Origin: Candidatus Bathyarchaeia archaeon
GTDB taxonomy: Archaea > Thermoproteota > Bathyarchaeia > Bathyarchaeales > DTEX01
Reading direction: 5' to 3'
Length of the DNA stretch: 64,000 nt
Assembly: GCA_038817885.1 (NCBI GenBank)
Contig: JAWAZE010000001.1
Span: 86,126 to 150,125 of the forward strand
The notes beneath the pieces are model-generated. The model saw only the letters and a list, made by a program, of their open reading frames with translations. It was not told the origin of the DNA and ran no database searches. Shown one piece after another: positions 9,312-18,944 of this stretch. A program made the translations under genes and the position numbers. Positions within the stretch are counted from its first letter, which is position 1, and each line of letters begins with the position of its first letter.

Positions 9312-12300
9312 TTATGAACTGGCTCTTTTAAGCCATACTGTTAGAGTCTCCCCAGCAATCTGATATGTTGCCTGATGGGATTCCGTACCCGGTCTCCCCC
9401 TTCTCAAAATTACTGAGAGCGTTTCAGCAGCAATATATTCTCCGAAAACTTCGAACACTTCTGCCAATACTGGCCCAGCCTCATAATGCGTTTCTATTTG
9501 ATCAGATATGCTGAATCCAGCTTCTTTCCTTTGGTTTTGTATACGCCTAATTATGTCTTTGGCGAGTCCCTCAAGCTTGAGCTCGGCTGGTATAATAGTG
9601 TTTATGGCGACGAGCAAGCCGCCCTCTTCAGAGAATTCCCACCCACTCTTAGGTTGTTCTACAATCTTAATCTCCTCAGGAAGTATCTTTACCTCCTGCC
9701 CATCAATCGATATTATTAAATACCCCCTATCCTTGACAATATTAATAACCTCTAGCGGATTCATGCCCGCTATAATCTCCCCGACCTTCTGGAATAGTCT
9801 ACCATACTTTTTGCCAAGGAGCTCTGGAACAGGCTTAATAACGTAGCTGATAACCTCACTTCTATCAGTCGTAAAAGATAACCTCTTTACGTTGAGTTCA
9901 TCAAGTATCAGGTATTCTAGTTTCCTTACCCGGTTAAGTACCTCTGTGCTAGCTATCACCTTAGTCTCTGCAAGCGGTTGCCGCAGTTTGATCCCAGCCT
10001 TATTGCGCGCCGCACGCCCAAGGCTACAAACCTTAATTACTAGGTCCATATCCCTCATTAATTCTTCATCAATCATATCCTCATTCGGGGCTGGCCAATT
10101 GTTATGGTGTACACTTTCGGGCGCATTTATATTAACGCTGCGCACAATATTCTGATATATCTCTTCCGTTAGGAATGGTATAAAGGGTGCTAAAAGATTT
10201 ATCAGCGTTACCAGGCAAGTATATAGTGCTGTATAAGCAGCATTTTTATCGTCATCCCGCTCGCTCTTCCAGAACCTCCGCCTAGACCTCCTAATATACC
10301 ATGTTGAAAGATCATCAACAAACTTCTCTATAGCCATGGCAGCATCATAGGGGTTAAAGTCCTCGAGGAAGCGTGTAACATCCCTGACTAACACGTTGAG
10401 CTTAGAGAGGATCCATCTATCTAGTGGCGATAGCATACTGTACGGCACAGAATTCTTTGGCGTCCATTCATCGAGGTTCGCGTATGTTGTGAAGAAGTTG
10501 TATATATTCCACAGGGATAGTATGAAACGCTTCTTAACTTCATCAGCCTTTTTGTAGCCAAAGAGTAAATTTAATTCGGGCTTAGTTGTGCAGTATATCC
10601 AGCGCATTAGGTCTGCTCCCATCTTCTCTACAGCCTCATCAAACCATATTACGTTGCCCCAAGACTTATGCATCTCACGCCCCTGCTCGTCTAGAACAAG
10701 TCCATGGCCAAAGCACACCTTAAATGGGGGCTCGCCCTCCATAACAGTGCTCATGGCTAACATAGCATAAAACCAGTTTCTAAATTGTCCCGGAAGAGAC
10801 TCGCAGACGAACTCTGCCGGGAACCATTTTCTCCAGTACTCTCTGTCATATTTGTAGCGTAGGGTTGAGTAGGCAACTATGCCTGCGTCGAGCCATGGGT
10901 TACCAACGTCTGGTATACGCGACATTAATGAGCCGCACCTAGGACACTTTATCTTAACGGCATCAACCCAAGGCCTATGGGGCGTATGCCCTTCAAATAT
11001 CTCCCACCCCTCAGCAGCCTTGGCTTTGAGTTCCTCTTTACTGCCTATAACCTCAAAATAGCTACAGTTTCTGCATTCCCATATTGGTAGGGCCAGACCC
11101 CAATAGCGTTTCTTTGATATCATCCAGTCCTCCATATTCTCAAGCCAATTTAATTCATGCTGCAACCCGTACGATGGGATCCAGCGAACCCTCTTAGCAA
11201 CTTCCATAATCTGGTATCTCAAGTTCTGAGCTTTCTCCTCCTCGGTTAGCTCTTCCAGAGACTTGTTAAGCTTTTTACCCATTGATATAAACCACTCATC
11301 TACTAGACGGAAGACTAGCTCGCTTCCACATCGCCAACAGACTGGGTAACGGTGAAGGTAATCCTCAACCCTAAAGAGTAAGCCCTTTTCCTTCAAGTCC
11401 TCAATTATTGGCTTAGCTGAATCGTAGACGTGCATGTCAGTGTACTTGCCGAAGCCTCCGACAAAGACGCCGAATTCGTCTAAAGGAGCTATTGTCGGCA
11501 GACCATAGATTTTTCCGAGTTCAAAGTCCTCTTTACCGCAGCCCGGCGCTATATGGACGATGCATGTGCCCTCCTCCTCGATGACGCCATCCCATATTAT
11601 CACCTTATGTGCCTCAACCGCACCGAACTCCTTCTGGGCCGGGAGCTCATCGAAAGGTCCATTATAGGCCCACCCCTCCATGTCGCGCCCCTTAATCTCC
11701 TCAACAACTTCGTAGCTCTTTTTTGGAAGAATTCTATCTAGGGCTGGCTTACCCAGATAGAAATATTCATCTTCATATTTGATCTTCACGTACGTGATGT
11801 CCGGGTGAACAGCCACCGCAACGTTGGATGTGAGAGTCCAGGGTGTTGTGGTCCAGACCAGAAGAAATTCTTTCTCCCTACCTCGGAGGGGGAATTTAAC
11901 TGTTAAGCCTGGGTGAACAAGCTCTCTGTAACCTTCAGTGACAATCTCGTGTTCCGAGAGAGCTGTTGAGCACCTTGGGCACCATGGCATAACATCCCTG
12001 CCCTTATAAATCCAGCCCCTTTCATAACATTTCTTTAAAAAAGCCCAAATCATGTAGTTATTTTCATCTGAGAATGTGAAGTATGATCTGCCTATTTCAG
12101 GGGAACCTAATCGCCCAACTATCTTCTCAACAGTATCAGTTATTAATTGACCATTAGCGCCTTTAATAGTTATTACCTGGTCAGAGTCCTCTAGGGATTT
12201 TGCAAGCCAGCGTAAAAAGTCTGGGTCGTTCCAATCCATCCAGTAGCCTAAGCGAATAGACTGCTCAGTCTGCTTAGCAGCATAGTATAGAACCCTTTGC

Positions 12301-12671
12301 TTACACTTCTTAATGAACTCGGCTATGCCATAGGCTTCAATATCCTTCTTGGAGCTAAAGCCAAGCTCCTTCTCAACTTCCACTTCAACCCATAACCCTT
12401 GGCAGTCAAAACCGTTCTGGTACCGTAGCTCATAGCCCTGCATCGCCCTAAACCTTTGGAATAAGTCTTTATACGTGCGGCCCCAAGCGTGGTGAACGCC
12501 CATTGGGTTATTGGCTGTTATAGGCCCATCTATGAAGGAGTAAGGTTTCTTCCCCCTATTCAGCTCCACACGCTTCCTAAAGGCATCAATCTCCTTCCAG
12601 AACTTCAATATTTTATGCTCTATTTGTGGTAAGTCTGGTATTGATTGAACCTCACTATATATTTTCATCAT
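9312..12671 (-). CDS. ileS: Isoleucine--tRNA ligase (type 2)
   Basis: DGPITANNPMGVHH, GFDCQGLWVE, WTTTPWTL, DWMISKKRYWG, EMHKS; SD AGGAGG before ATG 12671. Confidence 0.93.
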   Translation of the reverse strand: MMKIYSEVQSIPDLPQIEHKILKFWKEIDAFRKRVELNRGKKPYSFIDGPITANNPMGVHHAWGRTYKDLFQRFRAMQGYELRYQNGFDCQGLWVEVEVEKELGFSSKKDIEAYGIAEFIKKCKQRVLYYAAKQTEQSIRLGYWMDWNDPDFLRWLAKSLEDSDQVITIKGANGQLITDTVEKIVGRLGSPEIGRSYFTFSDENNYMIWAFLKKCYERGWIYKGRDVMPWCPRCSTALSEHEIVTEGYRELVHPGLTVKFPLRGREKEFLLVWTTTPWTLTSNVAVAVHPDITYVKIKYEDEYFYLGKPALDRILPKKSYEVVEEIKGRDMEGWAYNGPFDELPAQKEFGAVEAHKVIIWDGVIEEEGTCIVHIAPGCGKEDFELGKIYGLPTIAPLDEFGVFVGGFGKYTDMHVYDSAKPIIEDLKEKGLLFRVEDYLHRYPVCWRCGSELVFRLVDEWFISMGKKLNKSLEELTEEEKAQNLRYQIMEVAKRVRWIPSYGLQHELNWLENMEDWMISKKRYWGLALPIWECRNCSYFEVIGSKEELKAKAAEGWEIFEGHTPHRPWVDAVKIKCPRCGSLMSRIPDVGNPWLDAGIVAYSTLRYKYDREYWRKWFPAEFVCESLPGQFRNWFYAMLAMSTVMEGEPPFKVCFGHGLVLDEQGREMHKSWGNVIWFDEAVEKMGADLMRWIYCTTKPELNLLFGYKKADEVKKRFILSLWNIYNFFTTYANLDEWTPKNSVPYSMLSPLDRWILSKLNVLVRDVTRFLEDFNPYDAAMAIEKFVDDLSTWYIRRSRRRFWKSERDDDKNAAYTALYTCLVTLINLLAPFIPFLTEEIYQNIVRSVNINAPESVHHNNWPAPNEDMIDEELMRDMDLVIKVCSLGRAARNKAGIKLRQPLAETKVIASTEVLNRVRKLEYLILDELNVKRLSFTTDRSEVISYVIKPVPELLGKKYGRLFQKVGEIIAGMNPLEVINIVKDRGYLIISIDGQEVKILPEEIKIVEQPKSGWEFSEEGGLLVAINTIIPAELKLEGLAKDIIRRIQNQRKEAGFSISDQIETHYEAGPVLAEVFEVFGEYIAAETLSVILRRGRPGTESHQATYQIAGETLTVWLKRASS

Positions 12672-13101
12672 TACCCTCCTCAAAGGACACTGATACCTAA
12701 TGGGGATTGCTTCAATTAATTTATTTAACATCCATTTTCATCAATACACTATAAAAAGGCATAATAATAGAAGGATAAAAAAATTATCGCTGAAGTTAAT
12801 CATCATTATCGGTTCAGTAATACCCGCTTTCTTCATCGAAAATCTCTCAGACAGCCGCAATAATAAATAGTCTTCTTGCAAGATATAAACTTTCCAGAAG
12901 GTTAAAACAAAGAAACTTGCTTTTAAAAAGGGTAGAAGACTTAGCCACAGACTACCCTTATAGCCAAGCATATAAAACACGTAAAAGATCAATCTTTGTG
13001 AACGCAGGAGAACCGTGAATACTTAAAGAATGAATTGGCAAAATATTCATCCTTAGCAGAATTCTTAAAGTAGCCAATCTAAAAACATTTTTGGCAATAA
13101 C

Positions 13102-14592
13102 CTATTGATCTGGGCGACAGACCATTTCGTTCTTCATAGCATTTTTCTCCCTGAAGAAGAGTCTTGTTTCACCCATCGTTTGAACATCTAGCGGTTTTAC
13201 CTTAACTATTATTGGAAAATTTTTTACTATGTCGCCTAATACTAGACAATGGTGCGGCGGAAGGTCCCTAACAATTGATATCAGCGTCTCAGCGTCAACT
13301 TTAGCGGTTCTTGAAATAAACTCTAAGTCATGCTCATTTATGAAATTAAATATGAAAATGTTATCTGCTTGGCGGTAAATGTTCTCCTTTATTGTATTTG
13401 GCTGATTTGTAATGAATGTTGTGAAGATCCCGAAGTGTCTCATCCTAGTGACTATGTCGTCCCAGTATGTCTCCCTAAGATATAGGTGGGCTTCCTCAGC
13501 AAAGAGAAATACTGGATTTATTCTCCATCTGGACAATAAATCGCACAGCTTCGCGAGAATATATTCTACAACTATCTGCCTATCTATTGGCGCCAGCCCA
13601 CTTAAATCTACGATTACTGCTCCACCATCCTTCTCAGTCCTTTGAAGCAGTTCCTCAAAATCGATTGCTCCCTGAGGGTCATCTGTGAAGAAGTTTGTAT
13701 GGAGAAGGGCGTAATAGCGGGAGAAGAGGGCATCTTTAACCTGCTGGTTACATTGCCATCTTCTAATAGCCTCACCGACCTCATGCATGGATAGTATTCC
13801 CCGCTCTTCTAGGAAGTGCCAAATATGCTTAAACTCGCGGGCCGATGTCCCAGGCAAGTTAAGCGCGTGAACAAGTATCCTCATCATCACTGAGAGCCCT
13901 GTCTGGCGCAGGGTTACCTTAAAGTTCTCTCCGGAGACAAGAACATGAATCCTATCATAGAAATCATTTTTTTCCCCATTAGCGTTCAAGCCAAGGTTTC
14001 TGTACTCTCCATTCAGGTCCAGTACTATAACGGTTGCTCCATATTTAATTAGGCCTAAAATTAGGAGCTTAGATAAATGTGATTTCCCAACGCCCTTCCT
14101 ACCAGTAATTATGTTAAGTTTTCCATCTAAGTTAGATGCATCTACCGTTATCTGGTTCATCTCGATTGTCTCTCCAAGGGGGATCGGATATCTCCCCACT
14201 ATATCGGCCACCTCAAGAAGGCGCTCGATTGGCAGCCTATATATTACGGAATGTGTTCTTGAGGGAAGCCAAGAAGCGTCTGAGGTTATCCTTCCGTCCT
14301 CTATTGTTCCATAAATTTTGCATATCAGTAAGCGTGCATCTTGAACATATAGTATATGTGATGTTATATCAAATGGATCAAAATCCTCCCCCTTAGGATC
14401 GTCTATCAATGGCTCGCGTAAAAGCTCCTCCATCACGCCTGGGACATTCGCAAACTGCATATCAATTACTTGAACTATCATTGACTTGCCGTCTCTCCTA
14501 TCCTCAATTAGCAGGTAGCATCCTTTCTCAACCTCTTCACCTGGAAAGCTTATGATGTGTATTGTATTTCCGGTCTTCTTGTAGAGGCGCAT
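13102..14592 (-). CDS. herA: HerA-like ATPase (DUF87), copy 1
   Basis: N-terminal barrel, Walker A GRKGVGKS, LDLNGEY, Walker B FAEEAH, RMRHFG, TNQP; directly downstream of nurA. Confidence 0.85.
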   Translation of the reverse strand: MRLYKKTGNTIHIISFPGEEVEKGCYLLIEDRRDGKSMIVQVIDMQFANVPGVMEELLREPLIDDPKGEDFDPFDITSHILYVQDARLLICKIYGTIEDGRITSDASWLPSRTHSVIYRLPIERLLEVADIVGRYPIPLGETIEMNQITVDASNLDGKLNIITGRKGVGKSHLSKLLILGLIKYGATVIVLDLNGEYRNLGLNANGEKNDFYDRIHVLVSGENFKVTLRQTGLSVMMRILVHALNLPGTSAREFKHIWHFLEERGILSMHEVGEAIRRWQCNQQVKDALFSRYYALLHTNFFTDDPQGAIDFEELLQRTEKDGGAVIVDLSGLAPIDRQIVVEYILAKLCDLLSRWRINPVFLFAEEAHLYLRETYWDDIVTRMRHFGIFTTFITNQPNTIKENIYRQADNIFIFNFINEHDLEFISRTAKVDAETLISIVRDLPPHHCLVLGDIVKNFPIIVKVKPLDVQTMGETRLFFREKNAMKNEMVCRPDQ

Positions 14593-14597
14593 AACTG

Positions 14598-15698
14598 CTA
14601 GCCCCCGGTGCAGCCAGTTCCAAATGGCCCAAATAGCACTTTTCTAAAGTTAGGCCAATTAACTATCTTAAGCCCATACTTTTTTGCTAAAAAGCGCTGT
14701 GTGCCTATAACATCGCTTGCAGTGAACGTTGAAAATATGTGAGCTAACCGTAGCGTTTCTGGATAACCCTGAAAGACTAAATCGTTTCCAAGTATCCTCT
14801 GAATAGCTATTACATGCACCTCTTTAGGCAGCGCTCTATCAATATCTATCCTAAATACATAGCCTCTCCCACTCAGTTTACCCACATAAATTTTGCCCAG
14901 CAACCGCATCGCCTTAGAAGATATTGATAGCATGGATTCATCAATTTCTAAGAGACAAGACTCCCTCCGCTTAACGGTTAAATCAGTAATCTTCTTACCC
15001 AGAAACTTGATGGTTGAGGCTTTTGAGAAGGATATGACTACATTTGAGTTATTTCTTGCTTTTCTTAAAGTCTGCGCCAGGATATCAGCATTGCCGTTTA
15101 AGGGCCTTGTTGAGAGCGTTCCATCAAAGAGGATTATGCTATTGCTTACAGACCCGGACACCGCCATCTGGATCCATCTTTCCAAGGCATTACATAGCTG
15201 GCTTTGAACTTCAATTAGAAACATGATATTCGAGTTGAAAATTGCTGGTGAAAATTTGCCAAGAGAGGAGAGAATCTTCTTTATACTCTCTCTAGTTACA
15301 TGAAAAGGAAATGGGCCTACACGTAGGCACATATACTTTCCGCCCTCATTCCATACCACTGCGCCCCTAACAGCGCATATAGCGCCACCCTTTGTTTCAC
15401 CAACCTTAATACATGATGCATCAACAGCTATCACTGGCGTTCCATCAGGTATAGGTTCCAGAGGCGAAATTAGTGAAAAGGAGCCCTCCCCATCAATCTC
15501 AACAACATTTTCCTGCTCCTCAATCTTCTCCATTTGCTGTCTCTCAATCTCAATCCAAGGCTGAAAACATTCATCCCTTATCTCGCTCATCGAAGTGAGA
15601 CTTAGCTCAGTAAATTTCTCTGAGAAGCCCATTTCTCCGAGATCTCGGAGAAAATTATATTTCTGTGTTGTTGTATAATGTATTTGTTCAATCACCAA
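14598..15698 (-). CDS. nurA: NurA-family nuclease, copy 1
   Basis: AVDAS, LFDGTL, FRIDI, GYPETLRLAH; start uncertain (ATG 15632 possible). Confidence 0.82.
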   Translation of the reverse strand: MVIEQIHYTTTQKYNFLRDLGEMGFSEKFTELSLTSMSEIRDECFQPWIEIERQQMEKIEEQENVVEIDGEGSFSLISPLEPIPDGTPVIAVDASCIKVGETKGGAICAVRGAVVWNEGGKYMCLRVGPFPFHVTRESIKKILSSLGKFSPAIFNSNIMFLIEVQSQLCNALERWIQMAVSGSVSNSIILFDGTLSTRPLNGNADILAQTLRKARNNSNVVISFSKASTIKFLGKKITDLTVKRRESCLLEIDESMLSISSKAMRLLGKIYVGKLSGRGYVFRIDIDRALPKEVHVIAIQRILGNDLVFQGYPETLRLAHIFSTFTASDVIGTQRFLAKKYGLKIVNWPNFRKVLFGPFGTGCTGG

Positions 15699-15728
15699 CT
15701 TTCACCAAATCATAATTGAAGGATGTTG

Positions 15729-15764
15729 TATATAAATGTTGCGCATCTTGAACAAGATGCGCAA
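15729..15764. promoter_or_regulatory. TATA box plus perfect 12-bp inverted repeat (candidate operator) in divergent nurA/wHTH promoter
   Basis: TATATAAA at 15729-15736; TTGCGCATCTTG-AA-CAAGATGCGCAA at 15739-15764. Confidence 0.65.
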
Positions 15765-15781
15765 GACTTAAGTGAGAAGAA

Positions 15782-16186
15782 ATGAATGAAAAAAGTGAGG
15801 AGAAACCTTTAGTTCATATAAAAATGAGAGTTGGAAATATTGAATTTGAAATAAGTTGTCGAGAGGATCAGATAAAAGAGGTTGTGGAAAAAGTTCTTTC
15901 TAGCGTCACAAACTATGCGTCAATGCGGATTTCTATTCCAGAAACTGAAGTTCCATCGAGTAGGGCTGAAACTTGTCGGAGTGTGATTGAGCAGCTGTGG
16001 AAAGAGGGTTGGTTCTCTGTGCCCCGCTCTTTAAATGATGTTCATGTAGAGATGAGTAAGAGGGGTTATCACTATGATAGAACTGCTGTGGCGCATGTGC
16101 TCTTAGATCTTGTGAGGGATGGAATATTGACTCGTGAAGGTAAGGCGAAAAGATACCTTTATGTTCAAAAGAGACCGCCCCAATAA
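15782..16186 (+). CDS. Uncharacterised protein with C-terminal winged-helix domain
   Basis: LWKEGWFS.PRSL..V..EM..RGYHYDRTAVAHVLLDLVRDGILTREG wHTH pattern. Confidence 0.65.
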   Translation: MNEKSEEKPLVHIKMRVGNIEFEISCREDQIKEVVEKVLSSVTNYASMRISIPETEVPSSRAETCRSVIEQLWKEGWFSVPRSLNDVHVEMSKRGYHYDRTAVAHVLLDLVRDGILTREGKAKRYLYVQKRPPQ

Positions 16187-16194
16187 TAAATCTC

Positions 16195-16743
16195 ATGGCG
16201 ATACGCATGTACGTTTTTACATCTAAGGTGTTGATGGTTTCTCATTGCTTGCTGAATAAAAGTGTAAGGTGGTGGCGGGAAGGAAAACCATTTGAGAGAA
16301 ATGTTGGGTTAGCCGACGAGATAATTAAGTATGCCTTGAGACATAATATTGGATTGATTCAAATGCCATGCCCAGAATTCACCTTTTGCGGAAACCCGCG
16401 GCCCTCTAGAACAAAGGATGAGTACGAAAGACTATCGGGCTTTAGGGAGCATTGCGAAAGATTGGCAAGGAGCGTTGCTGAACAGATAAGAACCTTTACT
16501 GCCATGAGTAAGAGTCCACGTATCCATATTATCGCTATTATTGGAATCAAATACTCCCCCTCATGCGCAGTTAACAGCGCGATCTCTATAAGGGATGGCA
16601 TATTACATCAAAATGAAATGGGAATTTTTATTGATCTCTTGGAAAGAGAGCTTAGCGCGTATAGTCAAAGTATGCCGCCGTTTCTCGAGTTTGATTTTGA
16701 TAACCCAAGTGAGCTAATTAATGTTCTGGAGAAGTTAACCTGA
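16195..16743 (+). CDS. DUF523/TudS-related Fe-S protein (putative desulfidase)
   Basis: SHCLLN, QMPCPE, SPSCA cysteine motifs. Confidence 0.7.
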   Translation: MAIRMYVFTSKVLMVSHCLLNKSVRWWREGKPFERNVGLADEIIKYALRHNIGLIQMPCPEFTFCGNPRPSRTKDEYERLSGFREHCERLARSVAEQIRTFTAMSKSPRIHIIAIIGIKYSPSCAVNSAISIRDGILHQNEMGIFIDLLERELSAYSQSMPPFLEFDFDNPSELINVLEKLT

Positions 16744-17427
16744 CAATAATTGTTTTTTCGCCCTTGATCTGGTCTGGCTGATTATTATCTTCATCTCGTC
16801 CTCCCCTATAACATTCATTTCATAGAGTTTTTTGGCGACCTCGCTTACTCCCAGAACCGCATGTAATCTTACGCCGATCTTTTCAAGCTTCTTCTCTCCC
16901 CCCTCCTCTCTATCTAAGAGGACAAATGCGTCCGTCACGATACCACCCTCCGCCCTAACTGCTAAAGTCGATTTTGTAAGGCTCAATCCAGTAGTCACCA
17001 TATCGTCTATTAATAGAACCCTGTCACCGGGCATAATTACTCCCTCAACCCTACGCTCCCTACCTCTAAGTCTCTGCTTTTGGCGGATGTAAATGAAGGG
17101 CTTTTTCAAAATGTATGCTATAATCGCGCTCAATGGTAAGCCTGCGGTTGGTATGCCTGCAACCCTATCAAATTTCTCTACGCTAATCTCGCTCTTCACA
17201 GCATCCAAGAATATCTCGATAACTTTTGCAAAGGCATCAGGGAAGCTTGGGATAACTCTTAAATCTATATAATATGGTGTTATTTTACCACTAGGCAGCC
17301 TAAATGTACCGAATTCTACCGCATTAGTCTTTTTAAGCACCTGGCAAATCTCTGAGAGGATTAGATCTTTCTTGCTAGGTGAAGAAAGATGGACGCTCAT
17401 ATAAACCCCAAATAAAATTGAGACCAA
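16735..17427 (-). CDS. pyrE: Orotate phosphoribosyltransferase
   Basis: FGTFRLPSGKITPYYIDLR; PRPP motif VLLIDDMVTTG. Confidence 0.92.
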   Translation of the reverse strand: MVSILFGVYMSVHLSSPSKKDLILSEICQVLKKTNAVEFGTFRLPSGKITPYYIDLRVIPSFPDAFAKVIEIFLDAVKSEISVEKFDRVAGIPTAGLPLSAIIAYILKKPFIYIRQKQRLRGRERRVEGVIMPGDRVLLIDDMVTTGLSLTKSTLAVRAEGGIVTDAFVLLDREEGGEKKLEKIGVRLHAVLGVSEVAKKLYEMNVIGEDEMKIIISQTRSRAKKQLLSG

Positions 17428-17495
17428 TTACTTATTTAGCCTTTTCATAGATAGCTTAGCAAAAATATTTTGTTTAGGAAATTTAAAAGAAGTCT

Positions 17496-18941
17496 TTGGT
17501 GAGATCGTTGGAGGATCTTATCGAATTTATTATTGAAAGAGCTGGGGGGATGGGTGCAGAGTATGCTGAAGCTAGATTTCATGCCGATTTACGTGAATCA
17601 ATCATCTTAAAGAATGGAGTCCCTGAGGCGTTCACATTCGAGGAGTCTCGGGGCGTGGGCATAAGAGTCGTGGTGAATGGATCGCTCGGCTTCGCATCAA
17701 TTAACCGATTAAGGAGGGACGAGGTTAAAAGGGCTCTGAGGCTGGCTTTTAAGATGGCTAAGTCTGCATCTAGGCTGGTTAAGCGTAAGATATGTATGGG
17801 GAGGGGGGAGCTCGGGAGTGATAAGGTAGTGGTTAAGCCAAGAGTAAGCTTTGCGAATGTTAATCCAGAATCTCGTATCAGCCTTCTCAAGGAAGCTGAT
17901 GAGGAAATAATTAATTCAGCATCAGCATTTGAAGTTAAAGTTCCAGCAAGAATAATGGCATTAGACACATGGGTTACAGAAAAATTCGTAAGAACGAGTG
18001 ATGGGGCGAATGTCTATAGTGTAACTCCTAGAGCCGCCTTCTTCGCCCTAATCACGCTATTCCACCCGCAGAGGGGATCTATTCAAAGGTATATTAATTT
18101 GGGAGAAAGCGGTGGATGGGAGGTTGTAGAGAGATGGAACCTATTGAAAGTCTTTCATGACGAGACATCTACCTTGGCTAAAGTTTTAATTGAGGCTACC
18201 AAGCCTCCCGTAGGTGAAATGGACGTTGTTCTTGGGCCTGAAATAGTTGGTATTGTGAGCCACGAATCATGCGGCCATCCAAGCGAGGCTGATAGAATAC
18301 TTGGTAGGGAGGCTGCCCAGGCAGGCGAGACTTTTCTTAAACCAAACTCCATTGGACTTAGAGTTGGTAGCAAATACGTTAATGTTGTTGATGATCCAAC
18401 TATAAAGGGCTCCTTTGGCTTCTACCACTATGATGATGAGGGCGTTAGAGCTAAGAGGAGAATCCTAATAAAGGAAGGTGTGGTTAACGAATTTCTCCAT
18501 AACCGTGAAACGGCAAGCATATTTGGTGTTGAAAGTAATGGCGCTTCTAGGGCAGTAGCCTATAACCGTGAACCCATAATTAGAATGGCGAACACCTTCT
18601 TCTTACCTGGAGACTACTCAAGGGAGGAAATGTTTGAAGATATTAGATCAGGGATTTATATGAAGAGTTTCATGGAGTGGAACATAGATGACAGAAGGTT
18701 CAACCAACGCTACGTTGGACTCGAAGCATACAGAGTAGAAAATGGTGAAATAAAGAACCCTGTTAGAAACCCTGTTTTAGAAATAACGAGCATTAGTCTT
18801 TGGTCGGCAGTAGACGCTGCTGGCAAAGACCTCGAGTTCCAGGCAGCCTACTGCGGTAAAGGTGACCCCATGCAGGGCATACCGGTCTGGACTGGTGGAC
18901 CACACATACGTCTTAGAAAAGTTAGAATTGGTGGTGAGTAA
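17496..18941 (+). CDS. tldD: TldD metalloprotease
   Basis: HESCGHPSEAD, YDDEGV, RMANT, CGKGDPMQ. Confidence 0.92.
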   Translation: MVRSLEDLIEFIIERAGGMGAEYAEARFHADLRESIILKNGVPEAFTFEESRGVGIRVVVNGSLGFASINRLRRDEVKRALRLAFKMAKSASRLVKRKICMGRGELGSDKVVVKPRVSFANVNPESRISLLKEADEEIINSASAFEVKVPARIMALDTWVTEKFVRTSDGANVYSVTPRAAFFALITLFHPQRGSIQRYINLGESGGWEVVERWNLLKVFHDETSTLAKVLIEATKPPVGEMDVVLGPEIVGIVSHESCGHPSEADRILGREAAQAGETFLKPNSIGLRVGSKYVNVVDDPTIKGSFGFYHYDDEGVRAKRRILIKEGVVNEFLHNRETASIFGVESNGASRAVAYNREPIIRMANTFFLPGDYSREEMFEDIRSGIYMKSFMEWNIDDRRFNQRYVGLEAYRVENGEIKNPVRNPVLEITSISLWSAVDAAGKDLEFQAAYCGKGDPMQGIPVWTGGPHIRLRKVRIGGE

Positions 18942-18944
18942 GAG

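Noticed and set aside
12741-12992. 83-aa hydrophobic ORF upstream of ileS
   Set aside because: Low-complexity AT-rich translation with no family features; likely spurious.
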